A stretch of DNA of 64,000 nucleotides from an uncultured Candidatus Saccharibacteria bacterium (GCA_964450805.1 CAYVDD010000001.1:70595-134594); one strand, 5' to 3'; positions 34,589-44,894 are shown, counted from the first letter of the stretch. Translations and numbers: made by a program. Notes: generated from the letters alone by a model not told the origin.

Positions 34589-34597
34589 TGGTATAAT
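34589..34597 (+). promoter_or_regulatory. extended -10 promoter (TGgTATAAT) placing the transcription start at ATG 34605
   Basis: TGGTATAAT ends 7 nt before the ATG, with no SD. Confidence 0.5.
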
Positions 34598-34604
34598 AAA
34601 TAAT

Positions 34605-35222
34605 ATGAAACAAGTGATTTCAAAAAAAGAACTCAATGAGTTAGAAGAAAGATTTAAAGGAAAAGAAGAAAGAGGACTACCATTCAAAAGTGAAGCAACA
34701 TATATTCTTAAAAAAGAAGGAGAAAAGGGGTTGAAAAGATTAGAAGATACTATGGCAGGACTTGGTTACCCTATAAAGTATGAAGAAGTGAAATTAACTA
34801 ATTTTTACCCAGCAATCATTGAAGTTCTTACTTTAATCTCTATTAAAAAACTTTTTAATTATGATGATAAGAAGTTTCAGGAAATAGGGGAATTTTCTGT
34901 TAAGCTTCCTCAGGTTATCAGAACAGTAGCCGTTATGAGGAAATATTTTTCTCCTTCTAAAGAATTACTTAACAGGATAACTTTAAGGATTTGGAGAAAC
35001 TATTTTTTGTGGGGAGACCTTACAATACTAGAGTATGATGAGAAAAAAAAATACGCAATTCTGATAATTAAAAATTATCCCAATCATCCACTTAACTGTC
35101 AGGTAATTACAGGAGGTATTCGCGCTGTGTTTAAAGTAGTAATAGGAACTAAAACAACCTGTAAAGAAACAAAATGTACTCATCGAAACGATGACCACCA
35201 TGAATTTTTAATAAAGTGGTAG
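34605..35222 (+). CDS. hypothetical protein (205 aa), possibly a ligand-binding regulator of the adjacent ABC exporter
   Basis: Soluble protein with a C-terminal Cys/His cluster (CKETKCTHRNDDHHE). No family was recognised with confidence. Confidence 0.6.
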   Translation: MKQVISKKELNELEERFKGKEERGLPFKSEATYILKKEGEKGLKRLEDTMAGLGYPIKYEEVKLTNFYPAIIEVLTLISIKKLFNYDDKKFQEIGEFSVKLPQVIRTVAVMRKYFSPSKELLNRITLRIWRNYFLWGDLTILEYDEKKKYAILIIKNYPNHPLNCQVITGGIRAVFKVVIGTKTTCKETKCTHRNDDHHEFLIKW

Positions 35223-35234
35223 TTTTTATAAATT

Positions 35235-35996
35235 ATGCCGTTATTAAAGCTCCACAACTTATCTAAAACTTATACTGATGGCACCTTAGCTATAGACAAT
35301 TTAAGCTTGTCTATAGAAAGAAATCATCTTATTGGATTAGTAGGTCCTAATGGTTCTGGTAAAACAACTATTATGCGGATGTCATCTGGACTACTTCAAC
35401 CTACTAAAGGCAAAATAATAATAGATGGTTTAGATTTGAATAGAAACTTATCGAAAATTCAAAAAAAAATTGGTTATTTACCTCAACAAACTGCTTTATT
35501 TTTAGACTTAACAGTTTACGAAAATTTACGTTATTTCGGTACCATTTACGGGATTTTTAATAGCAGGTTACTCAATCAACAAATTGAAAAATTATTAAGC
35601 GTATTTGGTCTAAGGAACTTAGTAAAAACAAAAGTAGAAAAGCTTTCAGGAGGTTTTAAAAAAAGAACGGCTATAGCTGCTAGTTTATTACATGATCCAG
35701 AAATTCTTATTCTAGACGAGCCAACATTAGGTCTTGATCCAGTTATTAGAGTTGAATTTTGGAAACTATTTAAGAATTTTAAAAAACAAGGTAAAACAAT
35801 CTTTATCAGCAGTCATTACATGGAAGAAGCGGATAATTGCGATAAAATAGCGATTTTAAACAATGGAAAATTATTGGCTTTTGCTGAGCCGGACGAACTC
35901 AGGCAAAGGATCTTTAAAGATATTTACTATAAAAAGAACAAAAAGGTTAAAATTCCTTTTGAAGACGTTTATTTAAACTTATTTCCATTGAAATAA
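35235..35996 (+). CDS. ABC transporter ATP-binding protein (ABC-2/DrrA-like)
   Basis: Walker [10 protein letters not shown], signature LSGGFKKR, Walker [12 protein letters not shown]. Confidence 0.9.
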   Translation: MPLLKLHNLSKTYTDGTLAIDNLSLSIERNHLIGLVGPNGSGKTTIMRMSSGLLQPTKGKIIIDGLDLNRNLSKIQKKIGYLPQQTALFLDLTVYENLRYFGTIYGIFNSRLLNQQIEKLLSVFGLRNLVKTKVEKLSGGFKKRTAIAASLLHDPEILILDEPTLGLDPVIRVEFWKLFKNFKKQGKTIFISSHYMEEADNCDKIAILNNGKLLAFAEPDELRQRIFKDIYYKKNKKVKIPFEDVYLNLFPLK

Positions 35997-35997
35997 T

Positions 35998-37071
35998 ATG
36001 AAGAGTTTAAAAGTTATTTTCCAGAATTTAGTTGCAGAATTTTTAATCCTTATAAGGAGACCAGCTGGTTTACTTTTTGCCATATTTCTTCCTACTTTGG
36101 TTTTAGTAGTGATTGGAGTTTCTTTTCCAGGTGAATTTTTAGACATAGTCCATTCACCAATAATAATTATAGAAGATGAGAATAATCAAATATTGGTCAA
36201 TTCTCTTAAAGAGAAAATTTCTCCTGAAGACTTTGATCTGACCATAAAAAAAGGGGACCAATCTATTTTAGAGGAACTTGTTAAATCTAAAAAATACTTG
36301 CTTGGGATTTATCCTAAATTAACTCTTCCTGATAAACCGCCTGAAACCATAATTGTAGTAGATAATTCTAATCCTTCTGCCAGAGATCCTGTTTTAGCAA
36401 GATTAATGTCTCAAATACAAGAAGAAAGCGATTCTTTACTTGTTAAAAAAGAAATTTATGAAGATGATTTAAGATTCCTTGATTATTTATTTCCAGGCAT
36501 TATTGGTTTAGGGATAATGTTCTTTTGTCTTAGCTTAGCTTCGATAGGAATAGTAAGAGAGAGAGTTTCAGGAAGCTTAGAAAGAATTCGTAGCTCTCCT
36601 CTTCCTCTTTGGATTTTTTTAATTAGCAAATATATAGCTTATATTATCCTAGCTGCTATATCTGGGATACTTATTTTAATGGCTGGGAAGTTTTTATTTA
36701 ATATACCTATTGCTGGATTTATATGGTTGGTGTTATTCCTCGAGATCCTTACTGCCACCCCATTTATTGGCTTAGCTCTTGTGACTTCTACAGTAGCGAA
36801 GTCAGAGTTTGAAGCTCAGGTTATTGTTTTTTTCATTACTCTCCCTTTGATTTTTATATCTGGAGTATTCTTTCCAATTCAATCTATGCCTGATTATATA
36901 CAAAAAGTGGTAAAGCATTTTCCTTTAGCTTTCTCAGTAGAAGCTCTGAGAGATGTAATAATTAGAGGAATGGAATTGTCTGATATATTGCCAGCTATTA
37001 TTGCTCTTATTGTTTATTCTTTTGGATTTTTTATTCTGGCTGTGTTAATTTTTAAAAAAAGAGAAAAATAA
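35998..37071 (+). CDS. ABC-2 type transporter permease
   Basis: N-terminal TM segment, a large external loop, and a C-terminal 5-TM bundle. Tightly coupled to the ATPase gene. Confidence 0.85.
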   Translation: MKSLKVIFQNLVAEFLILIRRPAGLLFAIFLPTLVLVVIGVSFPGEFLDIVHSPIIIIEDENNQILVNSLKEKISPEDFDLTIKKGDQSILEELVKSKKYLLGIYPKLTLPDKPPETIIVVDNSNPSARDPVLARLMSQIQEESDSLLVKKEIYEDDLRFLDYLFPGIIGLGIMFFCLSLASIGIVRERVSGSLERIRSSPLPLWIFLISKYIAYIILAAISGILILMAGKFLFNIPIAGFIWLVLFLEILTATPFIGLALVTSTVAKSEFEAQVIVFFITLPLIFISGVFFPIQSMPDYIQKVVKHFPLAFSVEALRDVIIRGMELSDILPAIIALIVYSFGFFILAVLIFKKREK

Positions 37072-37190
37072 TACAAAAATTTTGACTTGATTTTAATTAA
37101 ACCAGGCCAATCTAAGCTTGTCCAAACTTTATTTTGGGCATTGTGAAGATATTGGGTCATAAAGAAAAATTGACATTTTCTTTATATATT

Positions 37191-37237
37191 TGACAAGAAT
37201 TTTTAATGAATTATTCTATATGACAAGAACTTTTAGT
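37191..37237 (+). promoter_or_regulatory. direct-repeat candidate operator upstream of the PRTase-like gene
   Basis: TGACAAGAATTTTTAAT (37191-37207) and TGACAAGAACTTTTAGT (37221-37237) match at 15 of 17 positions, 30 nt apart. The second copy contains the palindrome AAGAAC-ttttA-GTTCTT. Confidence 0.35.
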
Positions 37238-37264
37238 TCTTTTAAAAAACAAGAGGTTTAAAAA

Positions 37265-37999
37265 ATGAAAACTGATATTTGTAGTTTAAACAAAAAGCAA
37301 TTATTGGAATTAAATCCTGAAGATATAGATTTTTTATTAAGCAAACAAGAGATTTTACATATTTTTAGGGAGTTAGGCGCTTTGTGGCTTTATAATTATG
37401 GAGCTGCAAAAAAAGGAAAAGTAGGTCTGCATGCTGAGCTGAAATCAGGTCGTTGTAGTGATGGCTTTCTTAATGCTAAGGTTGCGCTTGTATATAAAAA
37501 GATTTGTAGATTATTCGCTATGCAAGAAGTATTAAGATTTAAAGAATTGTTTATCGATAAACCTGAGTATGTGGTAGGAATACCCAGTGGTGCTACTAAA
37601 CTTGGCGAATATGTTGCAGAATTTCTTGGGGTTCAGCTTGCAGAAATGGTGAAAAAAGATAATGATACTATAGAAATGATTACTCAAGCTCAGATAGGGC
37701 AGACAATAATGTTTGCGGAAGACTTTTCTACGCTTGGCACAGGATGTAGAGAAGCAATCAAAAGCGCGATAGCAAAGGGTTGGATAGTACTTCCATATTT
37801 ATTGACAATCATTAATCGTGGAGGTTTAAAATTTATTAAAACACTAGATTACGGTTCAATTGAAATTGTTTCAGTTGCGGAACACCGCATTAATGATTGG
37901 AATCCGGAGGATTGTCCCCTTTGTAAATTAGGCTCAAAAAGAATTAAACCAAAAGCAAGCAAAAAGAATTGGGAAAATATAATGAATTCACAATTTTAA
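37265..37999 (+). CDS. phosphoribosyltransferase-like protein (OPRTase-like fold, divergent PRPP loop)
   Basis: HAELKSGRCSDGFLN, VVGIPSGATKLG, IMFAEDFSTLGTG (versus the usual VEDVxTTG), and C-terminal W.PEDCPLCKLG. Confidence 0.65.
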   Translation: MKTDICSLNKKQLLELNPEDIDFLLSKQEILHIFRELGALWLYNYGAAKKGKVGLHAELKSGRCSDGFLNAKVALVYKKICRLFAMQEVLRFKELFIDKPEYVVGIPSGATKLGEYVAEFLGVQLAEMVKKDNDTIEMITQAQIGQTIMFAEDFSTLGTGCREAIKSAIAKGWIVLPYLLTIINRGGLKFIKTLDYGSIEIVSVAEHRINDWNPEDCPLCKLGSKRIKPKASKKNWENIMNSQF

Positions 38000-38027
38000 A
38001 ATTCACTTTTTAGTGAGTTTTTTTTAT
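38000..38027 (+). terminator. intrinsic terminator between the PRTase-like gene and pheS
   Basis: AATTCACT-tttt-AGTGAGTT followed by a T-run. Confidence 0.75.
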
Positions 38028-38066
38028 TCACAGCCCAGCTTGATTTTGAGCTATTTTTAAGCTAAA

Positions 38067-39104
38067 ATGAACATAAGGAATATGGCTAAAATTATGCTCA
38101 AAACCCTTGAAAAAAGGGCTAAAAAAGAGATTAAAAACAGTAAAAATCTCAAAGATTTAAATAGTGTTTATAAGAAGTATTTGGACAAACAAGGTGAATT
38201 GTCTCAGGTTTTGCGTTCTTTAAAGAAAATATCAAAAACAAAAAGAACAAAATTAGGCAAGGAAGCAAATGAACTGAAGCAAGTTTTAAAAGAAGAGATT
38301 GAGAAAAAAATAAAAAAAATTAAAGAAAAAACTATTAAAAAGGCTTCTGAAAAAGAATGGATTGATGTTACAGTTCCTGGTAAAAAGCCTGTTTCAGGCC
38401 ATTTACATCCTTTAACTCAAGCTAAAAGAGAAGTAGAAAGAATCTTTCAGTTAATGGGCTTTTCAATAGTTGAAGGTCCTGAAATTGAAACTAGTTGGTA
38501 TAATTTTGATGCTTTAAATATTCCTAAAGACCATCCAGCTAGAGATTTATGGGATACTTTTTATTTGAAAAATAGAATGCTTTTAAGAACTCATACCTCG
38601 CCTGTTCAGGTGCGGTATATGCAGAAAAATAATCCTCCTTTGAGAATTGTTGTGCCTGGCCGTATTTTTCGTCATGAAGCAACTGATGCTTATCATGAGT
38701 TTAATTTCTATCAAGTTGAAGGTTTAATGATTGATAAAGACATATCAGCTGCTAATTTCAGAGCAATTATCCAGGAATTCTACAGGCAATTTTTTAAAAA
38801 ACCAGTAAAAATCCGCATGAGGCCGAGCTATTTTCCTTTTGTTGAACCAGGCTTTGAAATTGACATGACATGCACAGTTTGTTTGGGCAAAGGATGTCCG
38901 ACTTGCGGCAGAACTGGCTGGCAGGAAATGATGGGAGCTGGAATGGTTCATCCTAATGTTTTGAAAAACTCTGGGTTAAATCCTAAAAATTGGCAGGGTT
39001 TTGCTTTTGGAATGGGTTTGGAAAGACTGGTAATGATGAAATATAAGATAAATGATATCAGGTTGTTTTATAAAGGTGATTTAAGATTTTTAAAGCAGTT
39101 TTAA
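38067..39104 (+). CDS. pheS: phenylalanyl-tRNA synthetase alpha subunit
   Basis: HPLTQ, FDALNIPKDHPARD, RTHTSPVQ, FRHEATDAYH and GFAFGMGLERL. Confidence 0.95.
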   Translation: MNIRNMAKIMLKTLEKRAKKEIKNSKNLKDLNSVYKKYLDKQGELSQVLRSLKKISKTKRTKLGKEANELKQVLKEEIEKKIKKIKEKTIKKASEKEWIDVTVPGKKPVSGHLHPLTQAKREVERIFQLMGFSIVEGPEIETSWYNFDALNIPKDHPARDLWDTFYLKNRMLLRTHTSPVQVRYMQKNNPPLRIVVPGRIFRHEATDAYHEFNFYQVEGLMIDKDISAANFRAIIQEFYRQFFKKPVKIRMRPSYFPFVEPGFEIDMTCTVCLGKGCPTCGRTGWQEMMGAGMVHPNVLKNSGLNPKNWQGFAFGMGLERLVMMKYKINDIRLFYKGDLRFLKQF

Positions 39105-39105
39105 T

Positions 39106-41133
39106 ATGTTATTTTCATATAATTGGTTACAATTATTTTTTAAAAAGAAATTACCAAAACCAGAAAAACTGGCAGAGACTTTATCAATGCATTTTTTTGA
39201 AGTTGAAGAAGTAGAGAAAAGCCAAAATGACTGGACCCTTGATATTGATGTTCTGCCTAACAGGGGAGGAGATTGTTTTTCTCACCTAGGAATAGCAAGA
39301 GAAATTTCAGCTATTTTAGGTTATAAGCTTGAAATTCCTAATAAAGAGCCTGAAGAAATAAAGGATAAGACAAAAAATTTTATAAAAGTTAAGGTGAGAA
39401 GCAAGAAAGATTGTCATAGATATACAGCTAAAGTTATTACTGGCGTTAAAGTTGCTTCTTCACCTAGCTGGATTAAAGAAAAGTTAAGAGCCTTAGGCTT
39501 AAAACCAATTAATAATATTGTTGATATTACAAATTATGTGATGTTAGAAACTGGACAGCCTTTGCATGCTTTTGATTTGGATAAAATATCTCATAGAAAA
39601 ATAATCATTAAACGAGCTCAGAAGGGCGACAGGATTACAACTTTGGATGATGAAAGATATGGTTTGGATAAAAACATTCTAGTTATTGCAGACAGTAAAA
39701 GACCAATAGCTATTGCAGGAATTAAAGGAGGAAAAAAAGCAGGGATAGATAAAAAAACAAGAGATATTGTTTTAGAGTCAGCTAATTTCAATGCTAAAAC
39801 TGTGCGTAAAGGTTCTAAAACAATAGATTTAAAAACAGATGCTTCCTGGAGATTTGAACATGGAATAGATTTGAACTTAACTGAAACTGCAATTAAAAGA
39901 GCCAGCTATTTAATACAGGAACTGGCTAAGGGTAAAGTTTGTGAAGGATTAGTTGATTTTTATCCTAAAAAACTTGTAGCAAAGAAAATTAAATTAGATT
40001 TAAACTATACGCAGAGTCTGTTAGGAATAAAAATTCCTGCTTCAAAAGTTAAAAGCATTTTAAAAAATTTAGGATTTGATATTTCAAAAACTTCAACATC
40101 TCAGTTTCTGGTAAAAGTTCCAACATTCAGATTAGACATTTTAATACCAGAAGATTTGATTGAGGAGATTGGAAGGGTTTATGGTTATGACAATATTCCT
40201 TTGGCATTTCCGGAAACAGCTTTAATCCCAGCTAAAAGAAATTTAAATATTTTTTGGGAGAACAGAGTAAAAGATATATTAAAAGATTCTGGGCTTATTG
40301 AATCTTATAACTATTCTTTTGTTAGTGAAAAACAAGGAGAAATATTTGGATATAATATTTCTAATATGATAGAGCTTGAAAATCCTTTGAGCGCTGAATA
40401 TCAGTATTTAAGACCAAGTTTAATTCCTAACTTATTAAAAATTTTAAAAGAAAATCAGAGATTTTTAAAAGATATTAAAATGTTTGAACTAGGCACTATT
40501 TTTAACAAAGGCAGGATAGCTGAAAAAAGAATGTTAACAGGTGCTGTCAGTGGTGATGCTTTTTATGAAACAAAGGGAGTGATTGATTTGCTTTTGAATA
40601 AATTAGGCTTAAGTAATGTTTGGTATGATGAATATAAGGCTACACCAGAAGAGTCAAAAAGTTCTATCTGGCATCCTAAGAGATGCGCTGAGATTAAAGT
40701 CGGACAGGAGGAAATTGGGTTTTTAGGAGAGATTTCTCCGAAAATTATTGAACAATTAAAGCTGAAGTCAAAAGTGGTAGTTTTTGATTTTGATTTTGAA
40801 AAATTACAAAAATCAGCTTCAGAAGAAACTGAATTTCAGCCGATTTCATCTTATCCTGCTGCAGTAAGAGATATAGCAGTTTTAGTGCCTAGAGAGGTTT
40901 TGGTTGAAACTGTTTTAAATAAAATTAATACAGCTGGAAGAGGATTGATAATTGATGTTGATTTATTTGATATTTACGAAGGAGAGGAAATGCCGGAAGG
41001 AAAAAAGAATTTAGCTTTCCATATTATATATCAAGCTCAGGACAGAACTTTATCTTCTAAAGAAATTGAAGAAATTCAAAATAAAATAATTAAGGCTTTG
41101 GATGCAGATCCAGAGTGGGAAGTAAGAAAATAA
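39106..41133 (+). CDS. pheT: phenylalanyl-tRNA synthetase beta subunit, lacking the N-terminal OB-fold tRNA-binding module
   Basis: FSYNWL N-terminus, then directly LDIDVLPNRGGDCFSHLGIARE. B3/4, B5 and FDX-ACB-like regions are present. 675 aa. Confidence 0.92.
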   Translation: MLFSYNWLQLFFKKKLPKPEKLAETLSMHFFEVEEVEKSQNDWTLDIDVLPNRGGDCFSHLGIAREISAILGYKLEIPNKEPEEIKDKTKNFIKVKVRSKKDCHRYTAKVITGVKVASSPSWIKEKLRALGLKPINNIVDITNYVMLETGQPLHAFDLDKISHRKIIIKRAQKGDRITTLDDERYGLDKNILVIADSKRPIAIAGIKGGKKAGIDKKTRDIVLESANFNAKTVRKGSKTIDLKTDASWRFEHGIDLNLTETAIKRASYLIQELAKGKVCEGLVDFYPKKLVAKKIKLDLNYTQSLLGIKIPASKVKSILKNLGFDISKTSTSQFLVKVPTFRLDILIPEDLIEEIGRVYGYDNIPLAFPETALIPAKRNLNIFWENRVKDILKDSGLIESYNYSFVSEKQGEIFGYNISNMIELENPLSAEYQYLRPSLIPNLLKILKENQRFLKDIKMFELGTIFNKGRIAEKRMLTGAVSGDAFYETKGVIDLLLNKLGLSNVWYDEYKATPEESKSSIWHPKRCAEIKVGQEEIGFLGEISPKIIEQLKLKSKVVVFDFDFEKLQKSASEETEFQPISSYPAAVRDIAVLVPREVLVETVLNKINTAGRGLIIDVDLFDIYEGEEMPEGKKNLAFHIIYQAQDRTLSSKEIEEIQNKIIKALDADPEWEVRK

Positions 41134-41177
41134 TTATCTTCATAACAAGACTTTTTACTTATTGATTTAAAACGACC

Positions 41178-43187
41178 ATGCCTAAAAAGAAAACAAAAAA
41201 AATAATAAGATCAAAAAAGACTAAAAAACCTAAAAAGGCGAAAAAAGCTATAAAAAGAAAAAAGGTAATTAAAGCAAAAAAACCTAAGTCAGGTTATACT
41301 GCTAAGGATATTTTTGTATTAAAAGGATTAGAACCTGTCAGGAAAAGACCAGCAATGTATATTGGTTCTACTGGTCCAGAGGGCTTGCATCATTTAATTA
41401 AAGAAATTGTTGGAAACAGTATTGATGAGGCAATTATGGGTTATTGTAATAATATTAAAGTCTGGCTTTTATCTAATAGAAAAGTCAGGGTTGAGGATAA
41501 TGGCAGAGGAATCCCTGTTGATAAACACGCTCTGACAAAAAAATCAGCTCTTGAGACTATAATGACAACTCTTCATGCTGGAGGAAAGTTTGGAGGAAAG
41601 GCTTATGTTACCAGCGGAGGTCTTCATGGGGTTGGTATCTCTGTTGTTTGCGCTCTTTCTAAATATATGAGAGTTGAGGTTTGCAGAGATGGTTATAGAT
41701 ATGCTCAGGAATATGTCAGAGGCAAGAAAAGAACTAATTTAAAGGAAATAGGCAAATGCAGAGGCAGCGGAACAATAATCACCTTTGAGCCTGATGAACA
41801 GATTTTTAATACAGTAAAACTTAATGAAAAGAAAATACTCAATTATCTTCGCCAGCAGGCATATTTAACAAAGGGAGTAAAAATTAGCTTTTTTGACCAA
41901 AGGATCAAACCTCATAAAACTCATACTATTTATTTTGAAGGAGGAATAGTTTCTTATGTTAAATATTTAACGAGAGCTTCAACACCTATTAATCAAAGTA
42001 TTTTTTATTGTTCAGGTGAAAAAAATGGAATTTTAGTTGAGGTAGCTCTTCGTTATACTGATGAACTTGAATATTGTGAAGAGACTTTTGCCAATAATGT
42101 TCACACCCAAGAAGGCGGTACTCATCTAACTGGATTTAGATCAGCTTTAACAAGAACTTTTAATGATTACGCAAAAAAGAATGGTTTTTTAAAGGAAAAT
42201 GATAGTAATTTTACTGGAGAAGATACAAAAGAGGGTTTAACAGCAGTGGTTTCAATAAAAATTAAAGACCCCCAATTTGAAGGCCAGACAAAATCAAAGC
42301 TTGGTAATTCTGAAGCTAAACCAATAGTTGAACAAGTGGTTAGCGAAGCTTTAGCTGACTTCTTAGAAAGAAATCCAAATGACGGCAGGGCGATTATTTT
42401 AAAGTTTGCTTTAGCTCAAAAGGCAAGAAAAGCTGCCAAGGCTGCTAAAGATACGATTTTAAGGAAGAGAATTCTGGAAGGTTTGTCTTTGCCTGGAAAA
42501 CTGGCAGACTGCGCTTCCAGAGACCCAGAAGAATCAGAGATATTTATTGTTGAAGGAGAGTCAGCCGGCGGATCGAGTCGTCAGGCCAGGGACCGTCATT
42601 TTCAGGCAATCCTGCCTCTTAGAGGTAAGATTTTGAACGTAGAAAGAGCCAGGCTTGATAAAATATTAAATTCTAAAGAAATTAAATCATTAATTATTGC
42701 ATTGGGAACAGCTGTTTCAGATGATTTTAACATTGAAAAAGCCCGTTACCATAGAATTATCATAATGTGCGATGCAGATAGTGACGGAAATCATATAAAA
42801 ACACTGCTATTGACTTTATTCTACCGTTACTTTAAACCTTTAATTGAAAGGGGGTATTTATATATTGCTCAACCGCCTTTGTATAAGATTCAGTCTGGTA
42901 AGAAAATGGGATATGCCTATACAGAAAACCAGAAGATAAAGATTTTAAAAGAATTAGGAAAAACAAGCAGTGCTTCTATTCAAAGGTATAAAGGTTTGGG
43001 TGAGATGAATGCAGGGGAGCTGTGGGAAACAACCATGGATCCTAATAACAGGATTCTGCTTCAGGTTAGCGTTGAAAATGCAAGGGAAGCAGACAGAATC
43101 TTTGATATTTTAATGGGTAAAGAGGTTTTACCAAGAAAGAAATTTATTCAATCCTATGCTAAACAAGTAAAGAATCTTGACGTATAA
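41178..43187 (+). CDS. gyrB: DNA gyrase subunit B with K-rich N-terminal extension
   Basis: GLEPVRKRPAMYIGS, GGLHGVG, EGESAGGS and PLRGKILNVE. The first ~38 aa are KKKTKK-type. Confidence 0.94.
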   Translation: MPKKKTKKIIRSKKTKKPKKAKKAIKRKKVIKAKKPKSGYTAKDIFVLKGLEPVRKRPAMYIGSTGPEGLHHLIKEIVGNSIDEAIMGYCNNIKVWLLSNRKVRVEDNGRGIPVDKHALTKKSALETIMTTLHAGGKFGGKAYVTSGGLHGVGISVVCALSKYMRVEVCRDGYRYAQEYVRGKKRTNLKEIGKCRGSGTIITFEPDEQIFNTVKLNEKKILNYLRQQAYLTKGVKISFFDQRIKPHKTHTIYFEGGIVSYVKYLTRASTPINQSIFYCSGEKNGILVEVALRYTDELEYCEETFANNVHTQEGGTHLTGFRSALTRTFNDYAKKNGFLKENDSNFTGEDTKEGLTAVVSIKIKDPQFEGQTKSKLGNSEAKPIVEQVVSEALADFLERNPNDGRAIILKFALAQKARKAAKAAKDTILRKRILEGLSLPGKLADCASRDPEESEIFIVEGESAGGSSRQARDRHFQAILPLRGKILNVERARLDKILNSKEIKSLIIALGTAVSDDFNIEKARYHRIIIMCDADSDGNHIKTLLLTLFYRYFKPLIERGYLYIAQPPLYKIQSGKKMGYAYTENQKIKILKELGKTSSASIQRYKGLGEMNAGELWETTMDPNNRILLQVSVENAREADRIFDILMGKEVLPRKKFIQSYAKQVKNLDV

Positions 43188-43221
43188 CAACTACTAATAA
43201 TTAAGAATAAAGACAGGTATT

Positions 43222-43425
43222 ATGCCAAATATAGGCGCCATATTTAATAAAATAGACAGCTTTTTAAAAGAGGTTAAAGCTGAGATTAGAAAAGTTAACT
43301 GGCCAACAACTAAAGAAACAATAATATATACTTTGATTGTACTTGGTGTTTCTATAGTTACAGCTATATTTTTAGGTGGAATAGATTATCTGTTCACAAG
43401 TTTTTTAAATAAATTTATCATTTAA
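43222..43425 (+). CDS. secE: preprotein translocase subunit SecE
   Basis: 67 aa; VKAEIRKVNWPTTKE plus one TM segment; precedes nusG. Confidence 0.88.
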   Translation: MPNIGAIFNKIDSFLKEVKAEIRKVNWPTTKETIIYTLIVLGVSIVTAIFLGGIDYLFTSFLNKFII

Positions 43426-43429
43426 AGTT

Positions 43430-43975
43430 ATGCCAAAGCAAAAACTGCCGCAAAAAAGAAATTGGTATGTGCTCCATACCTATTCCGGATACGAAGAATC
43501 AGTTGCTAAGAATCTTAAGCAGAGAATTGACTCTTTGAGTATGGAAGACAAGATTTTTAATGTTATTGTTCCTAAAGAGCAAAAAATAAAAATTAAAGAT
43601 GGAAAAAGAAAAATAATTAAAGAAAAGATTTATCCTGGCTATGTTTTAGTTGAGATGATTGTTACTGATGATTCCTGGTATGTTGTCAGAAACACACCCA
43701 ATGTTACTGGATTTATTGGCGCTGGGACAACTCCGATTCCAGTTTCAAAAAAAGAAATTGATTCTTTAATGGAAAGAATTGAAGAAAAAGAACCTCAGTA
43801 TAAAATTGATGTTAAGCCTGGTGATTTGGTAAAGATTACTGACGGACCATTTAAGGATTTTGACGGAAAAGTTTCAGAAATTGACGAAGAAAAAGGAAAA
43901 GTAAAGGTGTTAGTAAATATGTTTGGCAGAGATACACCAGTTGAACTAGACTCGCTTCAAATTAAAAAATTATAA
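43430..43975 (+). CDS. nusG: transcription termination/antitermination factor NusG
   Basis: [18 protein letters not shown] domain and KOW motif [18 protein letters not shown]. Confidence 0.94.
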   Translation: MPKQKLPQKRNWYVLHTYSGYEESVAKNLKQRIDSLSMEDKIFNVIVPKEQKIKIKDGKRKIIKEKIYPGYVLVEMIVTDDSWYVVRNTPNVTGFIGAGTTPIPVSKKEIDSLMERIEEKEPQYKIDVKPGDLVKITDGPFKDFDGKVSEIDEEKGKVKVLVNMFGRDTPVELDSLQIKKL

Positions 43976-43977
43976 CT

Positions 43978-44400
43978 ATGGCTAAAAAAATAATCGCTAA
44001 AATCAAATTACAGATTCCAGCAGGCAAAGCTACGCCAGCTCCTCCAGTAGGGCCTGCATTAGCGCAGTATGGATTAAATATCCCTGATTTCTGTAAGAAG
44101 TTCAATGATATGACATCTGAACAGCAGGGCTCTATTGTGCCAGTGGTTCTTACGATTTTTGAAGATAAAACCTATAGTTTTGAAATTAAAAAACCTTTGG
44201 TTTCTGAACTGCTTAAAAAAGCAGCTGGGATTGAAAAAGGTTCAGGCCAGCCCGATAAAGTAAAAGTTGGAAAAATTAGTAAATCTCAGCTTAAAAAAAT
44301 TGCTGAGCAGAAAATGCCTGACCTTAACACTGAAGATATTGAGGCAGCAATGAAAATTGTTGAAGCAACTGCTAAGAATATGGGGATTGAGATTGAATAA
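43978..44400 (+). CDS. rplK: 50S ribosomal protein uL11
   Basis: [26 protein letters not shown]. Confidence 0.95.
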   Translation: MAKKIIAKIKLQIPAGKATPAPPVGPALAQYGLNIPDFCKKFNDMTSEQQGSIVPVVLTIFEDKTYSFEIKKPLVSELLKKAAGIEKGSGQPDKVKVGKISKSQLKKIAEQKMPDLNTEDIEAAMKIVEATAKNMGIEIE

Positions 44401-44410
44401 TATTTTATCT

Positions 44411-44890
44411 ATGTTATTTTCAAAAATCAATTCAAAAACAAGCATAATTATTTTAATGATTTTCTTCATAGGAAGCTTGTTTTTCATTGAAACTAGTTTT
44501 TTAGCAGTTGATAAGGAAATAGATAATTTAGTTCTCAGTCAAATTGCTGTTGATCAGGACCGTTTTAAAGGACCAGATTCTAAAGTAACTTATATTATTA
44601 ATTTTGGAAAAGAAACCAGTTTGATTAAAGAACAAATGTTTATTTTAGAAGATTCAACTGTTTTTTCATTACTTCAAGACTTGGCTCAAAAAAATCAATT
44701 TCAAATCGAAACCACTTATTATGAGGGAATGGGTATTTTAGTTGAAAGTATTGACAGGATACGAAACGGGATTGATGATAAATATTGGCAATATTGGGTT
44801 AATAATGAACTACCAATGATTGCAGCTGATAAGATGATTCCTAATAGTGGTGACAGTATTGAATGGAAATTTGAACCTGTTTCTTTTTAA
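44411..44890 (+). CDS. secreted/membrane-anchored DUF4430-like protein
   Basis: ATG 44411 gives a signal or anchor segment. The C-terminal YWQYWVNNELPMIAADKMIPNSGDSIEWKF resembles the DUF4430 (transcobalamin-like) motif; recalled from memory. Confidence 0.5.
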   Translation: MLFSKINSKTSIIILMIFFIGSLFFIETSFLAVDKEIDNLVLSQIAVDQDRFKGPDSKVTYIINFGKETSLIKEQMFILEDSTVFSLLQDLAQKNQFQIETTYYEGMGILVESIDRIRNGIDDKYWQYWVNNELPMIAADKMIPNSGDSIEWKFEPVSF

Positions 44891-44894
44891 TTTT

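Noticed and set aside
38013-38060. A Phe-containing mini-ORF upstream of pheS: GTG AGT TTT TTT TAT ... TAA gives MSFFYSQPSLILSYF. It would be analogous to the E. coli pheM leader and to the thrS leader found here.
   Set aside because: The GTG lies inside the 3' arm of the upstream terminator, and the two adjacent Phe codons are simply its T-run. Only 3 of 15 codons are Phe. No alternative hairpins or terminator lie between it and pheS, 6 nt downstream. It is kept only as a note.
44357-44410. An upstream extension of the DUF4430-like ORF that overlaps rplK by 44 nt. The 44847 start of the next ORF is similar.
   Set aside because: The extensions lack features and overlap upstream genes. ATG 44411 and ATG 44895 give sensible signal or TM N-termini directly after the preceding stops.
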